Assembly (NCBI RefSeq): GCF_001194135.2
Contig: NC_068998.1
Coordinates: 49,074,543-49,138,542 of the forward strand
DNA: 64,000 bases
Origin: Octopus bimaculoides
Lineage: Eukaryota
Reading direction: 5' to 3'
The translations under genes and the position numbers were made by a program. Below, piece by piece: positions 12,857-26,039 of this stretch; within the stretch, counting starts at the first letter, position 1, and each line of letters starts with the position of its first letter. The notes under the pieces are model-generated. The model was given only the letters and a program-made list of their open reading frames with translations, was not told the DNA's origin and searched no databases.

Positions 12857-12939
12857 ATGACAGAGAAAACCGAGCGGAGAATCTACATCAAATTTTGCCA
12901 AAATCCTGGTGATACCTGCTCAGAGGCCTACGCAAAGTT
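12857..12939 (+). mobile_element. Mariner transposase 5' fragment (MTEKTERRIYIKFCQNPGDTCSEAYAK)
   Basis: N-terminal mariner pattern (E.R..IKFC...G.T..E). It shares atgacagagaaa and cagaggc.tacgcaaagtt with the inverted copy downstream. Confidence 0.8.
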
Positions 12940-13517
12940 TTCAAAATGTTTACATCGTTCTTGACACAACCAAGTGTCTTTTTGGTCAGCTGAAAGCAGT
13001 CTTGGTACAAACTTTGCAGACACGCGTCTCATACCCAAATCTTCAGTGATAACGGACTGAATTGAACCGTAAATAATCTACACATCCTCTGATAACTCAC
13101 GAATGGGGATTCGACGATTCCCCTTCACAGCTGCAGGCACATCTGCGATGTTTTTCTTAATTCTGCTGGTTTCGGGTTTCCCGGAACGTTCGTCAATATC
13201 AGCATTGTTTCTTCCACTTTAAAAACGTCTCAACCGCTCGTACGCATGTGTGCAGCTCATACACTCCACTTCATACACTTTCTGTAACTTTGCGTAAGCC
13301 TCTGTGCATGGATCGCCATGGCAGCTTTCTCTGTCATCACACGCTACATACCTTCCTTCCAAGCAATACTGTAAACAGCGGAAGTGAGCTAGAACGTTAA
13401 AACTCAGTGCACATGCACATCAGAGGTCAAGGTCAGTCTTTGCCAAGATGCTTTCTCTGCGTGCTTTAGCTTCGTTACTATAGCAACAGTCCGGATTCTT
13501 ATTGATCAGACCTTGTA
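12932..13517 (-). mobile_element. Mariner element left end: terminus and 5' UTR plus N-terminal part of transposase (pseudogenised)
   Basis: Minus translation TEAYAKLQKVY..ECMS...YE..RRF*SGR....DERSGKP...NRRIPIRELSEDV*I.YGSIQSVITEDLGMRRVSAKFVPRLLSADQK..CVKNDVNILKTL shows the HTH region and the WVPxxL-type motif (FVPRLL). The element end caaggtctgatcaataag is next to a TA at 13516-17. Confidence 0.93.
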
Positions 13518-13593
13518 TGTAAGTCCCCAACACTTTATGCCTATCTTTGTATTGTTCCCCTCAATCCTCTGCCCATGCGGCAAATAAAACAAA

Positions 13594-13666
13594 TTATTAT
13601 TATTATTATTATTATTATTATTGTTATTATTATGTTCATTATCATTATCATTACTACTACTACTAT
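13594..13666. repeat. (ATT)n/(ACT)n compound microsatellite
   Basis: Read directly. Confidence 0.9.
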
Positions 13667-14174
13667 CGCTAAAATGTTTATAAACAGGCAAAGGATATGG
13701 TTCAGAAAGGCTGTAGCACACACGCACAAAATAACATAACGTTAAGAAGAGTAACTCACGAATTGTGAATAAACGGTACTTCAAAGGTGGATATTATTAT
13801 CAACCCACAGAAGGATGAAAGACAAATACAAACTAGACAGTATTTGAACTCTGCGATGAGATATAAATCAGTATATCGACATATAATTTCAAACGCTCTG
13901 ACGATCCTACCGTCAACCTTGACTCGGAAAAACAAAATATTAAAGAATGACGATGTTAGACACTACCACTTGTTGATTTTAACGTAATGTTCTTCTTTTA
14001 TGTTAGTTAAAAATAATGTTGAAAACTGTTAGAGCCATTGCCATTATAATAAGATAAGGAAGGTATGAAAGTACTACCTTGTAACCTGTCCTGATTTTCA
14101 ATTGATATTAGTTCTACCCATTCATATAATCTTCCAGTCAATAATCTCCAGATCTTACATACGCATGCAAACAT

Positions 14175-14307
<133 letters not shown>

Positions 14308-14534
14308 AATAGGTGCATGCATACACGAACACACATATTTATTTATAGATATACGTATACATGTCTATGTGTGTGTCTGTGAGCAAATATATACTTCCAC
14401 ACTAGATACACATACACATAGATATGTGTATATAAGCATGCATCAATATTTCTATATTTCTATGTACATACATAAAATACAACCATACTCCACATACACA
14501 CATATAGATATAGTATATGCACACACAAATACGT

Positions 14535-14585
<51 letters not shown>

Positions 14586-15198
14586 TACACACACGTTTGT
14601 ATATTAAAACCTAGGTTTGCCGTATCTTCACTTCGTACCCTCTTCACACATTATCTTCCAAAATAATAGCCTTAAATGACAAAATTCATGAGACAATCTA
14701 TGTGCAAAATGGCAGCTTTAAATTATAATCCGACTTTATTTTGGACGTAAAATTGTCTTTTGAAGCTCAGGAACATTTTCATTATTAGTATTATCGATAA
14801 AAATATAAACAATGAAAAACTATTATGAATTTTTTGTTCAAAAAGATAAAATTTTCTGGTTTCCTAATGGTCCGATATGAAAAGCTTTATAATATGTGTA
14901 TCACATTGGCATTTATCAGTTGCGCTTTACACTCACATAAATGCGATTTTTTTTCAATTTTTCGAACTTCTCATGTTGATATATCAAAGAAACGCAAACA
15001 GCGATATACACAATGTATTTGCCTACATGTACATGCGGTGTATTTATTTATGTATACATTCACACACCACACATACTCAAATACCCCAATAGTAAAAACA
15101 CAAGCAAACACACACACTGACACGCACACAGACTTACACACAGACACACACACATGCACACACTTATACACACAAACACAAATCACACGCAAGATGTT

Positions 15199-15229
<31 letters not shown>

Positions 15230-15732
15230 NNNNNNNNNNNNNNNNNNNNNNNNNNNNNNNNNNNNNNNNNNNNNNNNNNNNNNNNNNNNNNNNNNNNNNN
15301 NNNNNNNNNNNNNNNNNNNNNNNNNNNNNNNNNNNNNNNNNNNNNNNNNNNNNNNNNNNNNNNNNNNNNNNNNNNNNNNNNNNNNNNNNNNNNNNNNNNN
15401 NNNNNNNNNNNNNNNNNNNNNNNNNNNNNNNNNNNNNNNNNNNNNNNNNNNNNNNNNNNNNNNNNNNNNNNNNNNNNNNNNNNNNNNNNNNNNNNNNNNN
15501 NNNNNNNNNNNNNNNNNNNNNNNNNNNNNNNNNNNNNNNNNNNNNNNNNNNNNNNNNNNNNNNNNNNNNNNNNNNNNNNNNNNNNNNNNNNNNNNNNNNN
15601 NNNNNNNNNNNNNNNNNNNNNNNNNNNNNNNNNNNNNNNNNNNNNNNNNNNNNNNNNNNNNNNNNNNNNNNNNNNNNNNNNNNNNNNNNNNNNNNNNNNN
15701 NNNTTATACACATATCCATATATATTTACGTA

Positions 15733-15817
15733 CAACATGGTTCTGTGTTCAATCCCACTGCATGGCAGTCTGGGCAAGTGCCTTCTGCAATAGCCTCGGG
15801 CCGACGAAAGCCTTGTG

Positions 15818-15890
<73 letters not shown>

Positions 15891-16094
15891 GTTTGTGTGC
15901 CTGTGTTTGTTTCCCCCCCTACCATCGCTTGACAACTGATGCTGGTTTGTTTACGTCCCTGTAAATTAGCGGTTTGGCCAAAATAAGTGCTAGGCTTACA
16001 AGGAATAAGTTCTAGGATCGATTTGTTGAACTAAAAGCGGTGCTCCGGCGTGACCGCCGTCAAATAACTGAAACAAGTAAAAGAATAAAAGAAT
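15733..16094 (+). mobile_element. SINE family C (CORE-like central segment) with internal (TC)n(TA)n and a (aagaata)n tail
   Basis: B-box-like gttcaatccc, then ggcagtctgggcaagtgccttc resembling the CORE/MIR motif TGACCTTGGGCAAGT. Ends gcggtgctcc..tgaccgc.gtcaaataactgaaacaagtaaaagaataaaagaat. Homologous pieces occur at 18640, 24535 and 43880. Confidence 0.85.
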
Positions 16095-16540
16095 ATATAT
16101 ATATATATGTATATATGCATTTTGACCAGCCTCTCTAGCAAGCATGTGATATCAGTCAACAGCTGCAACAATGCGCATGTATAGTGACAAGTGGTGAATA
16201 ACACTATTCAATATTCTGGTCTACATAGTGTACCATCATATATACACAAACAAACAAGCACACAAACATACGCATAGTCATATATACATGCACATAAAGA
16301 GAGTGAATGAGAGAATGAATATGATAGAAATTAATACAAATCGGTTTTTAAAGCAGTTTTTCTTTCATCTAAATGAGCCACAATTAACCGTTTTAATTAA
16401 TTAAATTAGCCGAAACTCCGTCACAGAATTGAAATATTATGGATTAGATCATAAAGGTTGTACGAGAAATTAATAAAAAAGTGATAGAAAACAACTCCAT
16501 ATAAACGATGATGAATGTTTAAAGATTAACTAAGAGCACC

Positions 16541-16755
16541 ATGGCTTGGCAGAATCGGTTGCGCGCCAGCCATAAAAGCTTATAACAATAATTCTGGCTC
16601 ATACGTTCTGATTTCAAATCCCGCCAAAGGCAGTTTTTCTTTCCGTCCTTCAAGATTCGATAGAATAATACACTAGTGAAGCACAGATGTCAATTTAATC
16701 GATGTACTTTCTTACCTGTAATTGATTGGTTTATACCTAACTTAGAATTAATATA
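16541..16755 (+). mobile_element. SINE family B, strongly decayed
   Basis: Head tggcagaatcg, middle acgttctgatttcaaatcccgcc...tttccgtccttc and aatttaatcgat match the family B order. Confidence 0.65.
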
Positions 16756-16799
16756 CCAGTTATAAAAAGCTGCGGAAATTAAAATAGGGTAAGGTAAAG

Positions 16800-16970
16800 G
16801 GACATGACCTAGAGATGAGGCTGGTGCAATCAAGATTACGATGACGTTAATTCGATTCCAAGACTGGACAGAGTATAGTGTGCTAGATCAAAGGCCATCA
16901 TTTCAGTTTGCTCCAGTTAACTCGGCTGCAAAAGAATAACCCTGCAACGGACCGACATCACGCTCAGGAC
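16800..16970 (+). mobile_element. Decayed SINE related to family D
   Basis: ttcgattccaagactgg...gtgtgctagatcaaaggc..catttcagtttgctccagttaactcggctg parallels 60030-60100 (ccagactg..gtgttctggagcaaggc...atttcacgttgctccggttca). Confidence 0.5.
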
Positions 16971-18022
16971 AAAAAAAAAAGGGTTTGATCTCTGTTCTTA
17001 TGTCATGGTGACCGAGTAAAACGTCTGCACGTGACGCTGGACTTGGAACAATACGTACAATAGAAGAAATAGAGAGGGGAGAAAACAGGAAAAAGAAGAG
17101 CCAGGAGATAAAAAAGTAGGTAAAAGAAGACTTAGGAGATACAAAATGGAAGGGAAAAGAAGAGCTAAGAAATAGCAAAAAGGAGAGGAATGGAAACAAT
17201 AAGTGAATTGACATTCACATCTTGATGTGTTCATAGGTTCCTCGTAGGCTGAAATAGTGTTATATAAGAGAAATAGTAATTTCCATCCATCGTCGTTTAT
17301 CACCTGTGCTTGGTCCCAAGGAAGCACCATGTTAACCAATGGTGAACCGATAATAGAACGTATGGAGAAAATAAGTTACTTTCCGAGACCCCAATTTGTC
17401 ATGAGCATTGTGGATGACGATCGCAGGGGTTTGTTTTGTAGTTAAAGCAAGATCTTTGACTAATCGCCGAAGTATACAGTACAGTACTGGTTCAGTGATA
17501 AACGAATCAGTTATAAACCGAAAATACAAGTACAATGAGAACAAGAAAACAGATAATACAGGGATGTACTATATCTACCCTTGAACAAGCAGAGTAATGC
17601 GTACATATTTTACGTTAATGCAATGTGGATATCACAAAGAGAAATCATCGTTTTAATAGGCCATAAAAAAATAATTTCATGAATAGCTGATTAGTTTTAT
17701 TAACATTGCGAAAATTTCTCAAACAAGCCGCCGCTACATAATGTTCATTGAAATCGATTAAAAATAAATTGCATTGAAAAATGACAAAAGAAATAAGTTG
17801 AAAAGATAGCTTTTGGAAATTAATGGAACTTAATATGTACGGACGCTTACTGGAAAAGTCAGAAGCCAGTCTCAAATTACTAGAGGTAGGAACCAAATCT
17901 CACTCAAATATGTAACTATCGACAAATATAACATCAAACATTGAAGTGAACAGCAAACGTATCACTATTAGCATTTTATTGTTAAACTGCGTCTTTGCCT
18001 AGCCTCAGTATAAAGGAGGACT

Positions 18023-18220
18023 TTTGTTCTCCGTTGTCTGGAGTACTGCTCCCACCTGTGGTCTCCACAAGGTGTCAAATTGGTGGCGAAACTTGAGGCA
18101 ATCCAGTGTCATGACACATAAATGTTTGACTCGAGGAAGCAGATCAGCTACTGGGAGAGGCTACAAGAACTGTAACTCTACTTCCAGGAGAGAAGGCCAG
18201 AAAAGAATGCTGTATATATA
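18023..18220 (+). mobile_element. L2/CR1-clade LINE ORF2 C-terminal relic
   Basis: Translation FVLRCLEYCSHLWSPQGVKLVAKLEAIQCHDT*MFDSRKQISYWERLQEL*LYFQERR matches the CR1/L2 post-RT motif LEYC..WSP....I..LE..Q...T.....SY.ERL..L.L....RR. Confidence 0.85.
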
Positions 18221-18416
18221 TATATATATATACACACATCATAATTTCAGGCACAGACGAAATAATCGGTAACATTGAACTTCAAAGTTCAGACATATTG
18301 TGTGAGAACATCTGAACTGTAAGATATATAGAATCTTAAAATGGATGTGGGCGATTCTTTGGAACAAGCATTCATATAAAATAGTGCAAGAAAAAAATGG
18401 ATACATCCATAAACAT

Positions 18417-18506
18417 ACACACACACAGAAACACGTACACACACACAGAAACACGTACACACACACACAGAAACACGTACACACACACAGAAACACGTAC
18501 ACACAC
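18417..18506. repeat. Minisatellite (ACACACACAGAAACACGT-type, 20-22 bp) x4, followed by (ATCT)n(TCCA)n(TCTG)n to about 18630
   Basis: agaaacacgtacacacac is repeated four times. Confidence 0.9.
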
Positions 18507-18565
<59 letters not shown>

Positions 18566-18639
18566 CATCCATCCATCCATCTATCTGTCTGTCTGTCTAT
18601 CTGTGTGTCTGCCTGTCTGCCTATCTATCTGACTGTCTT

Positions 18640-18785
18640 TATTTTTCCGTGTTTTAGTATCCGGACTGCGGCCAAAGGATTCAGCCAAACTAATCGACCC
18701 CAGTACCCGACTGGTTTTCGTCGCTTTTAATGAATTGCTAACTTACGGGGAAAGAAACTAACATAACACCGGTTATCAAGCGCAA
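18640..18785 (-). mobile_element. SINE family C 3' part, decayed
   Basis: gactgcggcca...aatcgaccccag...ctaacttacgggg..aaac...cggttatcaagcg is the reverse complement of the 15925-16080 tail. Confidence 0.7.
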
Positions 18786-21134
18786 TAACAAATACACACA
18801 TATACATGTGTGNNNNNNNNNNNNNNNNNNNNNNNNNNNNNNNNNNNNNNNNNNNNNNNNNNNNNNNNNNNNNNNNNNNNNNNNNNNNNNNNNNNNNNNN
18901 NNNNNNNNNNNNNNNNNNNNNNNNNNNNNNNNNNNNNNNNNNNNNNNNNNNNNNNNNNNNNNNNNNNNNNNNNNNNNNNNNNNNNNNNNNNNNNNNNNNN
19001 NNNNNNNNNNNNNNNNNNNNNNNNNNNNNNNNNNNNNNNNNNNNNNNNNNNNNNNNNNNNNNNNNNNNNNNNNNNNNNNNNNNNNNNNNNNNNNNNNNNN
19101 NNNNNNNNNNNNNNNNNNNNNNNNNNNNNNNNNNNNNNNNNNNNNNNNNNNNNNNNNNNNNNNNNNNNNNNNNNNNNNNNNNNNNNNNNNNNNNNNNNNN
19201 NNNNNNNNNNNNNNNNNNNNNNNNNNNNNNNNNNNNNNNNNNNNNNNNNNNNNNNNNNNNNNNNNNNNNNNNNNNNNNNNNNNNNNNNNNNNNNNNNNNN
19301 NNNNNNNNNNNNNNNNNNNNNNNNNNNNNNNNNNNNNNNNNNNNNNNNNNNNNNNNNNATATATATATATATATATACATACATACATACACACAAATAT
19401 TAATATACTGTTATTCATATACGTATATAGACGAACATAATTGGAACATAATATATTGCTATAAATTTTCAATTTGACGCAGCACAGGATGTTGAAATAT
19501 AAAGTATAATGTTACGCCAGATTTCTCCTTAAAATACCAGTTCTATAATAAAATGGAATAAATTGCTTTGTCTATCAAATTTTAAATATGAAATGGTTTA
19601 TCTGTCAGTGATATGCCAAAAGATACTTGATGATATCGACATAACACTTACATATAATTGATGAAGAGTCAGAAACGATCTCGGTCGGCATATATCCTGT
19701 TCAATCTAAAGTGGTTGCTGTACCATTACGTTGCACTCATAATGACAACTATGCCATCAGACGATAATAAATAATGGCTGTTCATATTAACATGATGTGT
19801 TATGCAGTTTTGGAAAGCATCAGCGTTACAATAACACTTACATCCGTCAATAAGTTTCGAAACATACTAAAGCGAAGCCAGATCATAACCGCTAACCTAG
19901 CAGAACGGAATCGAATATGTGATTATGTACAACGCTCTTACACGTCTCTTAAGCCCTTACATTTACTACTAGTTTTCAAATTTAAAGAAAAGTTTTATTT
20001 TCCGATATTGAACACAACTCCAACAAACAATATATGCATCAAGTTATCTGTTTTTGTCTTCTGTGTGAATTTTACAAATTTCAGACGATATCATTCAATG
20101 AAGACAATAGAACAAACACACAAAGAAATATATATAAATATNNNNNNNNNNNNNNNNNNNNNNNNNNNNNNNNNNNNNNNNNNNNNNNNNNNNNNNNNNN
20201 NNNNNNNNNNNNNNNNNNNNNNNNNNNNNNNNNNNNNNNNNNNNNNNNNNNNNNNNNNNNNNNNNNNNNNNNNNNNNNNNNNNNNNNNNNNNNNNNNNNN
20301 NNNNNNNNNNNNNNNNNNNNNNNNNNNNNNNNNNNNNNNNNNNNNNNNNNNNNNNNNNNNNNNNNNNNNNNNNNNNNNNNNNNNNNNNNNNNNNNNNNNN
20401 NNNNNNNNNNNNNNNNNNNNNNNNNNNNNNNNNNNNNNNNNNNNNNNNNNNNNNNNNNNNNNNNNNNNNNNNNNNNNNNNNNNNNNNNNNNNNNNNNNNN
20501 NNNNNNNNNNNNNNNNNNNNNNNNNNNNNNNNNNNNNNNNNNNNNNNNNNNNNNNNNNNNNNNNNNNNNNNNNNNNNNNNNNNNNNNNNNNNNNNNNNNN
20601 NNNNNNNNNNNNNNNNNNNNNNNNNNNNNNNNNNNNNNNNNNNNNNNNNNNNNNNNNNNNNNNNNNNNNNNNNNNNNNNNNNNNNNNNNNNNNNNNNNNN
20701 NNNNNNNNNNNNNNNNNNNNNNNNNNNNNNNNNNNNNNNNNNNNNNNNNNNNNNNNNNNNNNNNNNNNNNNNNNNNNNNNNNNNNNNNNNNNNNNNNNNN
20801 NNNNNNNNNNNNNNNNNNNNNNNNNNNNNNNNNNNNNNNNNNNNNNNNNNNNNNNNNNNNNNNNNNNNNNNNNNNNNNNNNNNNNNNNNNNNNNNNNNNN
20901 NNNNNNNNNNNNNNNNNNNNNNNNNNNNNNNNNNNNNNNNNNNNNNNNNNNNNNNNNNNNNNNNNNNNNNNNNNNNNNNNNNNNNNNNNNTGTGTATATG
21001 AGTATCTGTGTGCACGTGCATGTGTATAAACAACAAAGCAAAACATGGGGAAATCTTTTCAGTTAGAGAGATAAACGTTATCAGTAGAGCATGTTTATGT
21101 GACGCAGTAGAACTCATTGTCGTACGAGCCCCTG

Positions 21135-21181
<47 letters not shown>

Positions 21182-21398
21182 TCTCCAAAATATTTTACAA
21201 TTTATTTGAACAATATAGCTTGCAGATAGTGTTCTAAATGTAGTAAATGTAGTTAGTACTGTTTATTTTGTGGACAACTGCTGTTTGTGTGGCCAATGGC
21301 AAGATAAGTTTCTATGCTAATATTACAGACATACTTGGTGTGGGTGTGTGTGGTGTGGTCGGCGAGAGGTGATGCACAATGGCAGTAGGACAATTGTA

Positions 21399-21443
<45 letters not shown>

Positions 21444-21705
21444 NNNNNNNNNNTATATGTATATATATGTATGTATATATATATGTATATGTATGTATGT
21501 ATGCATTTATGAATATGCAGATTTTGTGCCTGCACGCGTGTCTCTGTGTATGTGCGTGCACTTGTGTATGAAAGAAATTTAAGATTAATGCATAAAATTG
21601 AATTTATAATGCCTGACTATTGTTATAGCGCACTATATACATACATATATGCATTTTTCTTTGTATATATGTACACATGCTTATACATATTTACACAGGT
21701 GTATA

Positions 21706-21777
<72 letters not shown>

Positions 21778-22632
21778 GGTAGGTAGAGGGGTATGCATGT
21801 GTGTGAATTACTTCAGAGATATACAAATAACTTCATAATTATATTTTATATACTGAACCGTTCAATACTCACAACAGGTACTCAGTTTTGTTGGAATTTG
21901 TTGCATTAGTTTAACAGAGAAGAATGGAACTGCGTTCTTAATATATACAGCTCTTGAGAGATTGGAGGGTTCTTAATGGTTCCCGTTCTGTATCATGTAT
22001 AGTGGGTTCATGCTTGCTGGTAAATATATTGGAATGACGGGAATTCTAAATTTGCTGGTATTTAAAAGAATTATTATAGAAATGTTCAATCCAAAACTAG
22101 TTTGAAGGAAACACCATAGGGCACTCTCACGGTAGATGAGAGCTAGTAAACGAGGGTTGATTTGGGTTGAAGTCATTTGAAGTTATTTACTTTATAGACG
22201 CAGAAAAGTTTATGGTAAATACGATCGAAACGGACATACAGAGACGAGAAGTTGCAGCGACAGTAGCTTGGGGTTAAGTAAAATTTTCATTAGCAGTTTA
22301 GTAGAATTAAAATAAGATGCACCGAACTAGATATGTTTTATGTTTTACCTGTTACTGGTTTCGGCGAAAGACTGGAGCCATTCTAGTCTACCGACTTTCG
22401 ATTTGTTCGAGTCTTCTTTCTGTACAGCTTTTGATGAAGAAGCCAGTTAGGACAGAGATTCAACTCTCAGCAAAGGTATACTGTACGTATTCGTTCAATC
22501 TAAATGAAACAACATTGTCATTGTATGAAACCTTATATCCTTATATTCGCTCATATATCTAACAATTCCATGTCCATCATGATGAATACTTGGCTAGTGT
22601 ATTTAACTTTAAATCAAATTCTATTGAATCAC

Positions 22633-22674
22633 CAACAGCATCAACAGCAACAACAGCAGCAGCAACAATCAATA

Positions 22675-22708
<34 letters not shown>

Positions 22709-22725
22709 TTAATAATAATAATAAC
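22633..22725. repeat. (CAA/CAG)n plus (AAT)n compound microsatellite
   Basis: Read directly. The polyQ/polyN ORF has non-coding-looking flanks. Confidence 0.9.
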
Positions 22726-22990
22726 AGCACCAGCCATTGTTATCTTGTCACTAGATGCAATCTTTTGCTTACGTACTTGCTGTATATATTATATATCATT
22801 TACTAGTAACTCGGACCGCCATTATCAGTTCCAAAAGTAGCAACATTCATTCAACTATTCTGCGATTGACGAATTAGTTGGTGTTTGAATAAAAGTAAAG
22901 AAATATAGTATAGAACCGTGTTAGTAAGCAGACGTCTCGGCATCTAACCAATATTTTATTCGCTCTGAACGCCTGTATCTCTCAATACAT

Positions 22991-23113
<123 letters not shown>

Positions 23114-23723
23114 GTATATATATGCAGACAGACACGCTCACACACTTGCACAGATATACATAAATATATATACAGACACCACACACACACACACGTTATA
23201 TCTATACAAGTCAAAATCTTAGGTGCGTTTCATGTTTACCGTTAATTATAGAGAATTTAATTGAATTCTTATGATGAAGGAGACGAATAATCTCAGCATA
23301 AAAATGTTCAAATAGATGCGTAAGCTTTATTATCTCATGATCCGTAGTTTGTATAAGTGCCATGGTTTATCGTTGATGTTTTTAGAGCTGTTCGTTTGGC
23401 TAGGTTAGCATTTAGCGAATGATAAATAATTGGACTTCTTAATCTCTTTTTCAGTGATATAAGGTATCTTAAGATTCCATTATTTAATATGTTCTTCGAA
23501 TTTTGAAGTAACTAGATGCATTTAGATGGAGATTTGACAACTATTCCCTTGCTGAAATGTTTATGCTTAAAGTGTCGGATAATCATTGAGTAAAATATAT
23601 AAATAGATATTCAAGGAACGAAGATTTCTGACGTGATTCTTTGAAAATAGGAAAGAAGATGACTGAAAATGTAGACAGAAATATCATAGGCAAACTTACT
23701 GCATTTAATTTTTATATCTAATT

Positions 23724-23960
23724 CTATTATTATGGCCGGGTTCCAACCCGGGCCGATGCAGAAAAGTCTATCCGCCACGCATCTTGGTCAATCATCATTG
23801 CCTGGATGTCCCGAATACATTGTAGGTCAGCGTTTGCAATCAAGTTGTCAATGTAAATGTGAGATATTTTCCTCTTCTTACATCACTATGAAGTGGATTC
23901 CCCCAACGCAGGCGCACATAATGTCCAGATAGTCGTAGGTCCCTTTGCCTAACCGTAACG
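23724..23960 (-). mobile_element. RTE-clade LINE 3' terminus with (TAA)n tail
   Basis: Minus translation VTVRQRDLRLSGHYVR..W.NPLHSDVRRGK / YIDNL..ADL.CIRDIQAMMIDQDAWR...SARVGTRP** matches the RTE end motif RL.GH..R...W.P.HG..RGR..TYID.L...M.DR..WR. Followed by taataatag. Confidence 0.85.
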
Positions 23961-24585
23961 GAGGATATATTCATCGCATCAACTCTAATCACATTCAGCT
24001 ATAATTACAGGAACGCTTTTTCACTTCCAGTTATCAAGGATTTGTTACCACTGCATTTCTTAAGCATTATGTCCCGCATCATATTACGTAGCTACGCTGT
24101 GTATTTATGGAAGATGGGCTAAAGTTAATTTACGTGTCCTAAACCAAATTTTAAGTATTTCATTTTCTTTTTCGGATACATTGAGCGCATTAACATAGCA
24201 ACTCCAAGAAGTGAAAAGCAACATCAGGTTCATGTCTTCAATCGAGTACTCAAGAGATTCAGAAATACCAGTTTCTAGAATGTAGCTAGGTCATTTATAT
24301 TTAGGGCTAGAAAATCAACGAGGAAGAAATATTCTCAGGAGTCGAACATTCTCAAGATTATGACAATAAATCCACAGATCCAACAAAGGTGGAATCCTGT
24401 GACATGTAGCTGCATGTGACTACCCAACCGTCAGAGCTAGAGATGTGAGTGACATGGAAAACAAATTCTCCGCACTCACACACGCACGCACACACACGTA
24501 CACACGTGTATATATATTATTTTCTATCGTTTTCTTATTTCAGCCGTTGAACTGCACACCATTTTGGAGCACCGCCTTGTGTGCA

Positions 24586-24621
<36 letters not shown>

Positions 24622-24972
24622 ACACACATATACCCGCGTGCGTGAGCACACACGCACGCACGTGCACAGATGTATATACATATATGTCTGTAGACGTAGG
24701 TAGATATTTATGTATGTCTATATGTACGCACATACACTCAAAGTAAGAAGTGATAGTCTAGCCGTGAGCTTACTCAACCGCTAAAATCGGTAAAACAATT
24801 TCAACAGAAACTGTCGCACCATTTCAAATTTATGAGCAAACAGTGTATTTTATGTTGCTTTTTAACTCCAGGTCTGGTGTAGCCAACCAGTCCAATAATT
24901 AGAAGTTATTCCAGTCGTGGCTGTATCGATTTTCGTTGTTCTCCATTATTTTTTTCTTTCTTTTTTAAACAG

Positions 24973-25037
24973 TGAATAACCGCGATGTCTTCGTGAGATA
25001 CGTTCTTCAATGTTTAGAACACTGCAATATCTTTGTG
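24973..25037 (+). CDS. Candidate small exon 1 of 3 (phase 1 to 0): NNRDVFVRYVLQCLEHCNIFV
   Basis: Long pyrimidine acceptor tttttttctttcttttttaaacag| and donor GTG|gtaaat. Only one frame is open. Confidence 0.27.
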
Positions 25038-25503
25038 GTAAATACAGTATTTTTAATCATATTTTTCGAAGTTCAAAAGATTGCAGTAAGCATCAAATAT
25101 GCAACAACGCTACGTTCGATCTCCGGGTTAATTATGTATATACAAATGATTTATAATTTTTGCTTTTTAATTTCAAATTAAATTGTAAAATACATATTTT
25201 TAGCATGCTATCAGAATCGATATCCAGCCATAGTTGCGATTAACATTAGTTCAATCATATCAGCCTTTTAAAAAGAAGTTTCTGGATCAAAATACTAAAA
25301 AGTGTGCCCAATCTCTCTTTAACTTTGACTATACATGCCGAGCGAAGCCGAACTTTGATGTATTTTTGTTTTTTGATTTACTTTTGTTCTAAATTTACAC
25401 ACCTTTTTGACAAATGGTGATATGAATGTTATTGACAAGTTTTTCAGCTGAAGCAGTGCAAACTTTCTGCCTGGCATTCGTCTCCTCAAGAACTATATAT
25501 ACA

Positions 25504-25643
<140 letters not shown>

Positions 25644-25981
25644 CATATGTGCCGATATACATAAGCCCAGCGGTTTTCATAGGATGGTTTAGAAGTTGAA
25701 AAGCTAACCCAGCCGATAAAGTCATTGGTTGGGAATGAGAGAAATTCTAGAAGAAAACGTAGTCTTTGTATATAGTCGTACTGACTAACAATCTTGTGTT
25801 TTGGTGATGGTCATCACACAGTAACTATGAAAGAAATCGAACCTAGAGCGCCTAGTAGTACAATCTGTAGAAACGACATGGACTACCTCTGTTAGAAATA
25901 CAACTACTAACTTTTGCTTTTCATTTTTTTCTTTTGGTTTTGATGTTTTGAGGGAATGGTACAATATTGACTGTAATACAG

Positions 25982-26039
25982 TGTAAAAGAGCTGCAGGTA
26001 TTGAAGTTTACATTCAACTTTGGATAACATCAAAGTCAC
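25982..26039 (+). CDS. Candidate small exon 2 of 3 (phase 0 to 1): CKRAAGIEVYIQLWITSKS
   Basis: Acceptor ttgactgtaatacag| and consensus donor C|gtaagt. Frame-compatible with both neighbours. Confidence 0.25.

Noticed and set aside
19640-20140. Long plus frame (ORF 19774) before the gap
   Set aside because: Composition looks non-coding (low-complexity, F/I/K/N-rich), there are two in-frame stops just upstream, and no convincing splice boundaries.
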